A DNA stretch of 64,000 nucleotides. Origin: Candidatus Woesearchaeota archaeon (lineage in GTDB: Archaea > Nanobdellota > Nanobdellia > Woesearchaeales > 21-14-0-10-32-9). The notes beneath the pieces were generated by a model. That model was given only the letters and a program-made list of their open reading frames with translations. It was not told the DNA's origin and searched no databases. The stretch covers positions 4,163 through 68,162 of the forward strand of contig JBKHAC010000003.1 in the NCBI GenBank assembly GCA_046543095.1, read 5' to 3'. Both the position numbers and the translations under genes were made by a program. This document shows positions 1 to 9,251 of this stretch, one piece after another (position 1 is the stretch's first letter; each line of letters begins with the position of its first letter).

Positions 1-948
1 TTTTTTGTAAAAAACGCTACTGAGGGTTTTAATTATTTATCATTAGCCCTTCAAAATACTTTATCGAGTGGTGATGAGATAATAACAACTGTTTTTGAGC
101 ATCACAGTAATTTCATTCCTTGGTTTGAATTATCAAAAAAATTAAACTTAAAATTTCTTGTTGCAAATTTTATTGATACTGAAAATAATATTTTAAATTT
201 AGTATCTAATAAAACTAAAATTATAACTTTGACGCATATGTCTAATGTTTCAGGCAAAATCATTGATGTGCAGATGTTAATTAAAAAAATAAGGGAAAAA
301 AATAAAGATGTAATTATTATTCTTGATGCTGCGCAATCAGTGGCGCATCTTGATATTGATGTTAAATCTCTTGATGTTGATTTTCTTGTTTTCTCTGCGC
401 ATAAAATTTATGGTCCTTTAGGTGTCGGCGTTGTTTTTGGAAAGAAATTTCGTCTTGAAAATTTAGCTCCTGCATTATTTGGTGGGGGTATGGTTCAAGA
501 TTATAAAAAAGGTGAATTTTCATATTCGTCTATTCCTCAAAAATTTGAGGCTGGTTCAATTGACGTTGCAGGAATTTATGCTTTTGCGCATGCAATAACT
601 TATTTCAATAATATAAAAGATAAGTTCTCTTTAGAGAAAAAACTTCAAAATTTTACATTATCAAAACTAAGAGAATTTAGTGAAGTAAAAATAATTGGTC
701 ATGATAATTCGTCAAGTTTTGGTCCTGTAATAAGCTTCGAAATAGATGGTGTTCATCCTCATGATTTTGCAAGTATTGCAAGTTCTTTTGGCGTTTGTGT
801 GAGGGCTGGGCATCATTGCGCGAAGCCGTATCTTGACGCGCTTGGTGTGGGTGCGCTAATTCGTGTGAGTTTATCTTTTTACAATGATGAAGAGGATATC
901 TTAAAACTTGTGGGTTCAATAAAAAAATCTATTGAGGTTTTCAAATGA
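1..948 (+). CDS. sufS: cysteine desulfurase SufS (class V aminotransferase), 5' end outside window
   Basis: Frame 1 is open from base 1 (FFVKNATEGFNYL..EHHSNFIPW), so track ORF 229..948 is only the tail. PLP-lysine motif FSAHKIYGP; active-site RAGHHCAKP; ATGA overlap with next gene. Confidence 0.9.
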   Translation, partial: FFVKNATEGFNYLSLALQNTLSSGDEIITTVFEHHSNFIPWFELSKKLNLKFLVANFIDTENNILNLVSNKTKIITLTHMSNVSGKIIDVQMLIKKIREKNKDVIIILDAAQSVAHLDIDVKSLDVDFLVFSAHKIYGPLGVGVVFGKKFRLENLAPALFGGGMVQDYKKGEFSYSSIPQKFEAGSIDVAGIYAFAHAITYFNNIKDKFSLEKKLQNFTLSKLREFSEVKIIGHDNSSSFGPVISFEIDGVHPHDFASIASSFGVCVRAGHHCAKPYLDALGVGALIRVSLSFYNDEEDILKLVGSIKKSIEVFK

Positions 949-1328
949 GTGATTTGTATCGTGAAATAATAATTGAGCATTATAAAAATCCGCAAAATAA
1001 AGGTAAATTACTTGCGCCTGATGTTGTTGTGGATGATGCTAATCCTCTTTGTGGGGATCATTTAGAAGTATTTTTAAAAATTAAAAATAATATTTTAAAA
1101 GATATATCTTTTGAAGGTAAAGGTTGCGCATTAAGCATTGCGACTGCATCTATTTTATCTGAGGAAATTAAAGGAAAAAGTATTGATGAGATAAATAATT
1201 TATCGCGTGAGGATGTTTATGCGCTTTTAGGTATTGACGTATCTCCTGCAAGAAATAAATGTGTTATGTTGTCTTTAACTGCTATAAAAAAAGGCATATT
1301 TGAATTTAATAAAAAAAATCTAGTATAA
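945..1328 (+). CDS. sufU: SufU/IscU-type Fe-S cluster scaffold
   Basis: LYREIIIEHYKNPQNKG, NPLCGD, GKGCALSIATAS and ARNKCVMLS give the three conserved Cys of SufU. Translationally coupled to sufS. Confidence 0.85.
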   Translation: MSDLYREIIIEHYKNPQNKGKLLAPDVVVDDANPLCGDHLEVFLKIKNNILKDISFEGKGCALSIATASILSEEIKGKSIDEINNLSREDVYALLGIDVSPARNKCVMLSLTAIKKGIFEFNKKNLV

Positions 1329-1500
1329 ACAGGTGATGTAAAGAATTAAAATAACAAATTAAAAATTATAAATTAACTGTTGAGGATACAAATCAAAGTT
1401 ATAAATTAAAATCAAAATAACGAATTGAATGTTAAAAATATAAATCAATAAATCGTTGTTAAAAAATCATATTTGAAAAAATTAGTTTGGGTGGTAACTT

Positions 1501-2256
1501 ATGGAGAATAAAATTATTGATGTAAGAAATTTGTCTGTGTCTATGGATAAAGAAATTATTAAAGGTGTTTCGTTTCATGTAAATAAAGGTGAGACGCTTG
1601 TAATTATTGGTCCTAATGGTTCAGGTAAAAGTACTATTGCTAAAGCAATAACTGGGTTTCCGGGTATTGATGTTAATGGTGAAATTAAATTTAGCGCTAA
1701 TGGTGAATTGGAGGATTTGTCTGATTTAAGTCCTAGTGATCGTGCAAAAAAAGGTATTTTTTTATCTTTTCAAAATCCTGTTGAAATTCCGGGTGTGACT
1801 GTTTCTAATTTTATTAGAACTGCAATCAATGCTAGGCGCTCAAAAGATAAACCTGTTAATCTTCGTGAGTACATATCTAAATTAAATGATACTATGAAAC
1901 TTTTAGGCATTCCTAAAGAGTTTGCTCAAAGAGAGTTAAATCATGGTTTTAGTGGTGGTGAGAAAAAGAAGGCTGAGATGCTTCAGTTAATGATGCTTGA
2001 GCCAGCTCTTGCTATACTTGATGAAACTGATTCTGGTCTTGATGTTGATGCTCTCAAAAATGTTTGCTCAAGTATTAACGATTTAAAGAAAAAAAATAAG
2101 GACTTGAGTTTAATTGTAATTACGCATTATAAGCGTATGCTTGAATATCTTGATGTTGATAGGGTTCTTGTTTTAGTTGATGGTAAAATTGTCAAAGAAG
2201 GTTCAAAAGAGCTTGTTGAATTAATTGAAGGTGAGGGTTTTGAGGGTTTTAAATGA
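1501..2256 (+). CDS. sufC: Fe-S assembly ATPase SufC (ABC ATPase)
   Basis: Walker A GPNGSGKST, signature FSGGEKKK, Walker B LAILDETDSGLD, H-loop ITHY. GGTGG Shine-Dalgarno-like sequence before the ATG. Confidence 0.9.
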   Translation: MENKIIDVRNLSVSMDKEIIKGVSFHVNKGETLVIIGPNGSGKSTIAKAITGFPGIDVNGEIKFSANGELEDLSDLSPSDRAKKGIFLSFQNPVEIPGVTVSNFIRTAINARRSKDKPVNLREYISKLNDTMKLLGIPKEFAQRELNHGFSGGEKKKAEMLQLMMLEPALAILDETDSGLDVDALKNVCSSINDLKKKNKDLSLIVITHYKRMLEYLDVDRVLVLVDGKIVKEGSKELVELIEGEGFEGFK

Positions 2257-3116
2257 TTGATTTTTCAAAAATAAAAATTAGGCGTCCGAAGGATTTGAGA
2301 TTTGCATCAGCTGGTATTCCTTTAAGTACGCCTCAAAAAGGCACGGTTGCTGGTATAAGGCATGTTCGTGCGCTTGGTCTTGGTGGTATGGAATTTGAAT
2401 TTGTGCACTCTGTGAATGTTAAAGGCGAGAGTGCAATTAATGCGGGCAGGATTGCCAGTGTTGAGGATGTTGTTTTAACTGCGCATGGTTCTTATTATAT
2501 TAATTTGAATGCTCAAGATTCTCAAAAAATTGCTGCATCTCGCGCAAGGATTATTGACGCGGCGAACGCAGCTAGGCTCGCTGGTGCGTTTAGTGTGACG
2601 TTTCATCCTGCGTTTTATTTAAAAGATGAAAAAAGCGTGGTTTATAGTCGTGTGAGGAATCAATTAAAAAAAATTACTGAGGAATTAAAAGACGCGGGTA
2701 ATGATATTATTATTAGTCCTGAGACGACTGGTAAAGGTACTCAGTTTGGTTCGCTAAAAGAGCTTGTATCTTTGAGTACGGAGCTTGATAATATTAGGCC
2801 GTGTATTGATTTTGCTCATCTTCATGCAAGAAGTGTGGGTAAATATAATTCGCTTGAAGAATTTAGGAGTGTTTTTGCGCTCGTAGAATCAAGTCTTGGC
2901 CGTGAGGCTTTAGATAATATGCATATGCATGTTGCTGGTATTGAATATGGTGAGAAGGGTGAGAAGCATCATTTAATTCTTGATAACTCTGATTTGCGTT
3001 ATAAAGACTTGCTTGTCGCATTAAAAGAATTTAAGGTGAAGGGTTCGCTTGTCTGTGAGAGTCCAAACATCGAGGAGGATGCGCTTTTATTAAAAAAGCA
3101 TTATGATAATTTATAA
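2253..3116 (+). CDS. nfo: endonuclease IV family (AP endonuclease 2, TIM barrel) protein
   Basis: The Nfo metal-ligand motif series is recognisable: HGSYYINL, TFHPA, PETTGKG, CIDFAHLHA, HMHVAG, CESP. ATGA overlap with sufC. Confidence 0.75.
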   Translation: MIDFSKIKIRRPKDLRFASAGIPLSTPQKGTVAGIRHVRALGLGGMEFEFVHSVNVKGESAINAGRIASVEDVVLTAHGSYYINLNAQDSQKIAASRARIIDAANAARLAGAFSVTFHPAFYLKDEKSVVYSRVRNQLKKITEELKDAGNDIIISPETTGKGTQFGSLKELVSLSTELDNIRPCIDFAHLHARSVGKYNSLEEFRSVFALVESSLGREALDNMHMHVAGIEYGEKGEKHHLILDNSDLRYKDLLVALKEFKVKGSLVCESPNIEEDALLLKKHYDNL

Positions 3117-3336
3117 TTGCAAATTATGTTTATGATTTATGATTAATTCTTATTTTTTTCTCATATTTTTTTGTATTATTGTATCAGTTTTAATATTATG
3201 TGTGTTGAAATTAAACTTAACTAAAATAAATTAAGTTTTTCGCATTTTTATCAAGTTTATTCACGCATTTTTTAATGGTAGCCATTAGCAAACTTTTTAT
3301 AAACTGCTATCTTTCCTTTTATTTAGGTGATATATA

Positions 3337-3930
3337 ATGGAAGAACTTGTAAAACTTAATTATGAATATGATGCTCTTGAACCGTACATTGATGAAACGA
3401 CGATGATGATTCATCACTCAAAGCATCATCAGGCGTATGTTGATAAATTTAATGCCGCAATTAAAGGCTCTGAATTTGAAAATAAGTCTGTTGATGACAT
3501 TCTAAGAAACTTAATTTCTGTTTCTGAGGATATTAGAAAAGCTGTCATTAATAATGGTGGTGGTGTTTGGAATCATAACTTTTTTTGGAGTATCTTAAAG
3601 AAAGGGGTTGTTATGTCTGATGAGCTTAAATCTTTACTTGAAAAGGATTTTGGTTCTGTTGAAAAATTCAAAGAAGAATTCACGAATGCTGCTTTGACGC
3701 AGTTTGGTTCTGGTTGGGCTTGGCTTGTTCTTGATGAATCAGGCAAATTAAAAGTTGTAAAGACGCCTAATCAAGACTCTCCGATAAGCAGTAACTTGAA
3801 GCCTGTGCTCGCGCTTGATGTTTGGGAGCATGCGTATTATTTGAAGTATCAAAATAAGCGTCCTGATTATGTGAATAATTTTTGGAATGTTGTTGATTGG
3901 GATAAGGTTTTGTCTTTAATTAAAGAATAA
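3337..3930 (+). CDS. sod: Fe/Mn superoxide dismutase
   Basis: YDALEPYIDETTMMIHHSKHHQAYV, WNHNFFW, FGSGWAWLV, DVWEHAYYLKYQNKRPDY. Confidence 0.92.
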   Translation: MEELVKLNYEYDALEPYIDETTMMIHHSKHHQAYVDKFNAAIKGSEFENKSVDDILRNLISVSEDIRKAVINNGGGVWNHNFFWSILKKGVVMSDELKSLLEKDFGSVEKFKEEFTNAALTQFGSGWAWLVLDESGKLKVVKTPNQDSPISSNLKPVLALDVWEHAYYLKYQNKRPDYVNNFWNVVDWDKVLSLIKE

Positions 3931-3938
3931 TTTTTTTT
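3931..3938 (+). terminator. oligo-T tract directly after the sod stop (archaeal-type terminator signal)
   Basis: T8 run starts 1 nt after the TAA. More T runs follow. Confidence 0.45.
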
Positions 3939-3956
3939 CTTCTTATTTTTTTTCTT

Positions 3957-4730
3957 TTAGTGATATGTTGAATCTTGTAGTGCGGTATGTATTATTTTTA
4001 ATTGTTTTGGTGGGAAACTTATGCCAAGTCTCATATCTGCGCCTGCACTCATTATCGTGCTAAATAGGTGTGTATATTCTTTTTGGGTGTACATTTTTCC
4101 GTATTTATTTGTCAGTGTTGTTGCGTGTAAAATTCTTTTTTGTGTTAGCTTATGCGCGTAATTTATGCTTTTTTTAAGTATATTTGCATCTTGATTCCAT
4201 TTATATGGGTTCCACTCTGTTACGTATTCATCAAATAAATTGGTTAAATTAGTTATGTGTGCGCCGCTTGATTTGTTGTTATATATTAGTGGCGCGCTAG
4301 AATTTATGGATATTTTTATTTGTGGGTTTTCATCTTTTATTGCTGTGACTATTTTATCAAGGCTATCTCTAACTATTTTTTCGTTTTTGTTTTCATCTTT
4401 GATCTTGTTATTTGATTGGCAATTATTGCAGTGGCATCCTTTATTTAATATCCAGGGTATGTCTATGAATATGCCGTCGAACGGGTTTTTTGTTATTAGA
4501 TTTTGCAATTTTGGTATTGTTACTTTATTTACATAATCTGATGAGGGGCACATCATTGCGGTTTTTTCGCTCTTTCCGTAAAATAGTGGTTCATGGTTTT
4601 TGTCTCGTTGAACATATTTGTAAAATAAGGGATTGTTTTTCAGATTCTCTGTGCCGAACACGCCTGTGTATAAAATTGATTGCATTCCTAGGTTGTGTAT
4701 TATTTTCGTAGTGTCTTGGAGTCGTTTCAT
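3957..4730 (-). CDS. hypothetical protein, possibly a glycoside-hydrolase-like TIM barrel (GHL-type); may be the 3' part of an interrupted gene
   Basis: A/C-ending codon usage typical of - strand genes. DGIFIDIPW-like strand motif. The same frame stays open upstream to an ATG at 4889 except for one TAA at 4785-4787. Confidence 0.5.
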   Translation of the reverse strand: MKRLQDTTKIIHNLGMQSILYTGVFGTENLKNNPLFYKYVQRDKNHEPLFYGKSEKTAMMCPSSDYVNKVTIPKLQNLITKNPFDGIFIDIPWILNKGCHCNNCQSNNKIKDENKNEKIVRDSLDKIVTAIKDENPQIKISINSSAPLIYNNKSSGAHITNLTNLFDEYVTEWNPYKWNQDANILKKSINYAHKLTQKRILHATTLTNKYGKMYTQKEYTHLFSTIMSAGADMRLGISFPPKQLKIIHTALQDSTYH

Positions 4731-5037
4731 TTGTCTTTCATATTGTAAGTTGGATGCTGCGTGTTCTATTTCTGTTGCACCTATTTATTTCAATTCTTTC
4801 AAATATTGTTCATATTCTCTTAAATTGAATCTGAGATGTACATTGAATTTGTTGTGTAGAAAATTTCTAATTTTTAAATTTGGGCTCATATTTTTTTTGT
4901 AAGTGCTTAGTTATTAATAAATATTTTTAGTTCTGAGAGATGTTTTTTTTGCTTTTTTTCAGAAACATTTTTATTGTGTGGGTTTTCATATTTGTTTTAG
5001 TGCTTAGTATTTTTTTTTGTTTGGAGGTTTTATTAAA

Positions 5038-6525
5038 ATGAAGTTAGTTGTTAAAAAAGAATTGGATACATCAAAGAAATTATTGGTTTTGGGTTTATTT
5101 AGTGATGATATTAATTATTATAAGGATTTGAATCCGTTCATTCAAAGTAAAATTGATTTGGCGCTTAAAAATAAAACTTTCAAGCATAAGTTTGGATCCA
5201 CTCTTAAATTAATGGTTTCAGATTCTTTGTATGATAATGTTTTAGTGGTTTCGTTGGGTGATTCAAAAAATCTCTCGGCTGAAATTATTAGGCGGGTGTT
5301 GAGTCGTGGTGTTAATTATTCTAAATCTTTAAAGGTTGATGGTTTCACGACGAATATTGCTGAGCTTGCTCACTTAAAAAAATTGGATATTAAGTCTTTG
5401 GGTCTTGCGTGCGGGGAGTCTTGCGCGCTTGCTAGTTATTCTTTTATAAAATATTCAAAGAAATCTGAAGAAGATGTTGCTTTAAAAGAAGTTGTTTTTT
5501 CTTTTTCTGATGAAAAAGAGGGTAAGTTGTTGTCTAATTTTTTATCCAAGGGTTTAATTGTTGGTGAGTCGACTAATTATGCTAAGGATTTGGTTAATGA
5601 GCCTGCGTGTGTTGTAACTCCTGCTTTTCTTGAAGGTGAGGCGAAAAAGCTTGCGAAATCTTCTTTGCTGTCGCTTAAAGTTTTTTCAAGTGCGGAATTG
5701 AAAAGGCTGGGTTTTAATTTAATTTCGGCTGTTGGTGGTGGTAGTGCGACTCCTCCGCGTATGCTTGTTTTTGATTATAAAAATTCATCTAAAAAATCTG
5801 AATTTGTTCTTTTAGGTAAGGGTATTACTTTTGATACGGGTGGTTATAATATTAAACCGACAGGTTATATGGAGGAGATGAAGTATGATATGGGTGGTGC
5901 TGCTGCAGTTCTTGGCACAATTCGCGCATTAACTTTATTAAAACCTAAAATTAGTGCGTCATTTGTTATTCCTTTGGCTGAGAATATGATTTCAAGTAAG
6001 GCATATAGGCCCAGTGATATTGTTTTATCGCATAGTGGTTTATCTGTTGAGGTCTTAAATACTGATGCTGAGGGTCGTTTGATTTTGGCGGATGCTCTAA
6101 GTTATGCATCTAAAAAATATAAGGGTGCTAAATTTATTGATGTTGCAACTCTTACGGGTGCAGCAGTTATTGCGACGGGGCATGTTGTTGCGCCTATGAT
6201 GGGTAATAATTCTGATTTACTTGAGTCTTTATCTTTTGCAGGTCTTGATAGTGGTGATAGGGTGTGGGAGTTTCCTTTCTTTGAGGATTATCAAGATGTG
6301 ATGGATTCTGATATTGCGGATTTATCGAATATATCGAAGAAGCTTGATAGGGCTGCGGGTTCAATTACTGCGGGTGTTTTCCTCTCGAAGTTTGTGAATG
6401 GTGAAAAGTGGGCGCACATTGATATTGCGGGTACTGCGTTTTTAAAAGAGTCTTTCTTTTACAATCAAAAGTATGCGACGGGTGCAGGTGTTAGGCTTTT
6501 TTCATATTTGCTTAATGATTTTTAA
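5038..6525 (+). CDS. pepA: leucyl aminopeptidase (M17 family)
   Basis: NTDAEGRLILADAL signature, GKGITFDTGGYNIKP, DMGGAAAV. Start moved to the ATG at 5038, which follows GGAGG at 5023. Confidence 0.9.
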   Translation: MKLVVKKELDTSKKLLVLGLFSDDINYYKDLNPFIQSKIDLALKNKTFKHKFGSTLKLMVSDSLYDNVLVVSLGDSKNLSAEIIRRVLSRGVNYSKSLKVDGFTTNIAELAHLKKLDIKSLGLACGESCALASYSFIKYSKKSEEDVALKEVVFSFSDEKEGKLLSNFLSKGLIVGESTNYAKDLVNEPACVVTPAFLEGEAKKLAKSSLLSLKVFSSAELKRLGFNLISAVGGGSATPPRMLVFDYKNSSKKSEFVLLGKGITFDTGGYNIKPTGYMEEMKYDMGGAAAVLGTIRALTLLKPKISASFVIPLAENMISSKAYRPSDIVLSHSGLSVEVLNTDAEGRLILADALSYASKKYKGAKFIDVATLTGAAVIATGHVVAPMMGNNSDLLESLSFAGLDSGDRVWEFPFFEDYQDVMDSDIADLSNISKKLDRAAGSITAGVFLSKFVNGEKWAHIDIAGTAFLKESFFYNQKYATGAGVRLFSYLLNDF

Positions 6526-6639
6526 TTTCTTTTCTTTTTTTTCCACACCTAACTAAATTGTCACTTCTACAAAGTAACAAAAAACAAAACATTTATATAT
6601 GTGTGTTGTTTAACTAGTTTCATTTAGGAGGTTAAAATA

Positions 6640-7281
6640 ATGGTTCATCCAGCATATTTTGAGAATATGGTTAAACAAAGATTAGAGTTAGCGATGTCTT
6701 ATTCAAAATATGGGCTTGTAAATGAAATGATTAATTTATTAGATGATGCTGATGGGTTAATTAAAAGTAAATCTGCTTGTTTTTCTAGTGACTTTCTGGA
6801 AAATTATGTTCAAGAAAAAGAAACTCTTTTTTATTTTGGTTTTGTAAATGGTCTTTCAAAAAATATCAATGATGCGCGCGCATTTTCAGAGGAAGGGGAT
6901 GTTGAAAAATTCTATGATGCAGTTGATTTAGTTAAAATTTGCGCAAAAGAACTAGGTGAACAAGTTCCTGACTTTTCATCTGAGAAAATTAGTGCATATA
7001 ATAAGGCTACTTCAAAAAATATAAATGAATCGTACAATTTTTTAGACAAAAAAGATTTTGACACATTCAAAGAATTTGTATCTTTAGCGAATTCTTATTT
7101 TAAAGAAACAAATAATTTCAGGGCAGAAGATATAGCTCTTTTAAACAATTTACTAAACTCAAATAGTGTAACTGCTACTAATAAATCGTCAAATTTATCT
7201 TCAAATTTAAATAGTGTTGATAAACAATATATTTTTAACAAAAAACAAGAAGGATCATTTAGTGATATTTATTTAAATTAG
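6640..7281 (+). CDS. hypothetical protein (tandem paralog A)
   Basis: AGGAGG 8 nt upstream. Shares the LFYFGFVNGL / LLYVGRFNGAL block and the C-terminal YLN with the next gene. Confidence 0.6.
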   Translation: MVHPAYFENMVKQRLELAMSYSKYGLVNEMINLLDDADGLIKSKSACFSSDFLENYVQEKETLFYFGFVNGLSKNINDARAFSEEGDVEKFYDAVDLVKICAKELGEQVPDFSSEKISAYNKATSKNINESYNFLDKKDFDTFKEFVSLANSYFKETNNFRAEDIALLNNLLNSNSVTATNKSSNLSSNLNSVDKQYIFNKKQEGSFSDIYLN

Positions 7282-7290
7282 GTGTTAATT

Positions 7291-7803
7291 ATGAACTCGC
7301 GTGATATTGGAAATAAGATAGCGGATATTTTAGATTCGGCAAAGAAACTCGCTTTTTCTGGAGAGGTTAGAGCTATGGATGATTCTATTGGTGCTGCTCA
7401 AAATTATGCTAATTTTATTAAGAAAGATATATCTAGTGATGTTAGTATGCTCTTGTATGTTGGTAGGTTTAATGGCGCGCTTTTAGATTTGTATGTTGCA
7501 AAAGATCTTGCTTTAAAAGATAATTTTGGTGGGGCTCTTTTTTGTCTTGATCTTGCAAAAAGAAATGCTGAGTCGTCAGGTAGAGATATTTTGCAGGGGG
7601 TGGCTTTAATCACAAATTATATTAATTCGTCAACTAAAAATGAGGGATTTAAACGATTTTGTCAGGAGGGTTATAGTGAGATTGTATTTGATGTTAATTC
7701 TCAGTTTAAATTAACTGATAAATTTGATTTTAAAAACATTAAAAAGAAGCCTAATGCTTATTTGAAAGTTGAGCAAGATGAGAAAACTATGTATTTAAAT
7801 TAA
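7291..7803 (+). CDS. hypothetical protein (tandem paralog B)
   Basis: The ATG at 7291 is preceded by AGGTG. Shared internal block and C-terminal MYLN with 6640..7281. Confidence 0.6.
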   Translation: MNSRDIGNKIADILDSAKKLAFSGEVRAMDDSIGAAQNYANFIKKDISSDVSMLLYVGRFNGALLDLYVAKDLALKDNFGGALFCLDLAKRNAESSGRDILQGVALITNYINSSTKNEGFKRFCQEGYSEIVFDVNSQFKLTDKFDFKNIKKKPNAYLKVEQDEKTMYLN

Positions 7804-7909
7804 ATAATAAAATTGTATTGTTGAAGTATTGACTTAATAACTTAAAAATATTAAAATAAGAATATAATTGTAAAACTAACTTATTAATAAATTGGTGGTG
7901 AAATTTAAA

Positions 7910-8455
7910 ATGTTTTCATTCAAATCAGTCATAGAATACGATGATAGAAAAATAGTCGCAGATATTCACACTGCAAATGATGGTGTTTCGCGTGAATCTA
8001 CTTCTGCCGCGATGGCTATGCTTATTGATTTAGATCAATCACTATCAAAAGAAGGGCTGCAAAAAGATTTGTATACTATGATTCAAGCTCATGGAAATAA
8101 TGGTGATTTATATGAGCATCAAAAGGTTTTAATGAGTAAAGATTACGCGTCAAAACAATATGATATAATTTGCGCGTGTAATCCTGAATTTTGGTTTCCT
8201 AATTCGAGCGCGTCAGTTTTAGCATTTGCGGAAGGCAATATTTATTCACATGAAATACTTTTAAATCCTGCTATGCAAGATATAAATTTCTTTGCATCAA
8301 TTAAAGGCAAAGGTAACTTTATTATGGCTGATGATGTAAAAAAGCGTTTAGATATTGGTGGCAGGTGTTATCAATTTAGTGATGATTTTTTGCGTTATGA
8401 ATCTCATGGCATAGTTAAATTAAAAATGTTTGATGTTTGGAATTTTTCTAAATAA
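7910..8455 (+). CDS. hypothetical protein
   Basis: Long ORF. The ATG at 7910 is preceded by GGTGGTG. No recognisable motif. Confidence 0.5.
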   Translation: MFSFKSVIEYDDRKIVADIHTANDGVSRESTSAAMAMLIDLDQSLSKEGLQKDLYTMIQAHGNNGDLYEHQKVLMSKDYASKQYDIICACNPEFWFPNSSASVLAFAEGNIYSHEILLNPAMQDINFFASIKGKGNFIMADDVKKRLDIGGRCYQFSDDFLRYESHGIVKLKMFDVWNFSK

Positions 8456-8598
8456 TTTTAGTATTTTAATTTAGTGTTTTATTTTTCTTGTTTTTGCTTA
8501 GTTTGTTTTTTTTTTTGATTTATTATTTGTTTTATTATTCTTGGTGGTTTCGTGTTTTTTCATAAAATTATTTATAGTGATTGTGCTTTCCACCTCTA

Positions 8599-9144
8599 AT
8601 GGTAAATAAAAAATTTCTTTTGGGGTTTTTAGTTATTTTGAGTGTTTTTGTTTTTGCTTGTTCGGCTCAAGAAACAGTTGATGATACTATGACTGAACGA
8701 ACGTTAGTGCCTGAGGATCCTATTGGTGTTGATGATGAAGAATATACTAATTATGGTGATACGCTCAATGATGTTGATGATGGCGTTGTTTATGAAGGTG
8801 AGGAAGTTATTGATTTTGGTGATAATGAATCATTAAATAGTGATGTAAAAACTTTTAATGTTGTTGGCGGGCCTATGTTTGAATTCTTTGTTGATGGTGA
8901 GCGTAATGCGGACATAATTGTAAATCAAGGTGATACTGTGAAGATTGTTTATGAATCGACTGGTGGTATGTCTCATGATTTTGTTGTTGATGAAATTGTT
9001 GGTGCGAGAACTGATGTTTGGTCTCCGGGTCAAGGTGAGACTATTGAATTCGTTGCTGATGTTGCAGGTGAATTTGAATATTATTGTTCTGTCGGGGCTC
9101 ATAGGGCTCAAGGTATGGTTGGAAGATTCATTGTTAGAGGATAA
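8599..9144 (+). CDS. secreted/lipid-anchored cupredoxin (plastocyanin/azurin-type blue copper protein)
   Basis: Signal peptide with a lipobox-like FVFAC, then an acidic linker. Type-1 Cu ligands are H (MSHDF) and the C-x4-H-x4-M in YYCSVGAHRAQGM. Confidence 0.8.
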   Translation: MVNKKFLLGFLVILSVFVFACSAQETVDDTMTERTLVPEDPIGVDDEEYTNYGDTLNDVDDGVVYEGEEVIDFGDNESLNSDVKTFNVVGGPMFEFFVDGERNADIIVNQGDTVKIVYESTGGMSHDFVVDEIVGARTDVWSPGQGETIEFVADVAGEFEYYCSVGAHRAQGMVGRFIVRG

Positions 9145-9251
9145 TTTTTTTTCTTTTCTTCTTTCTTTTTCTAAAAATAGAAATTATTATAAATTCTTAA
9201 CTACTTTAAAATGAATATTTTTCAGATTTTAATTATTGTGGGGGATTATTT

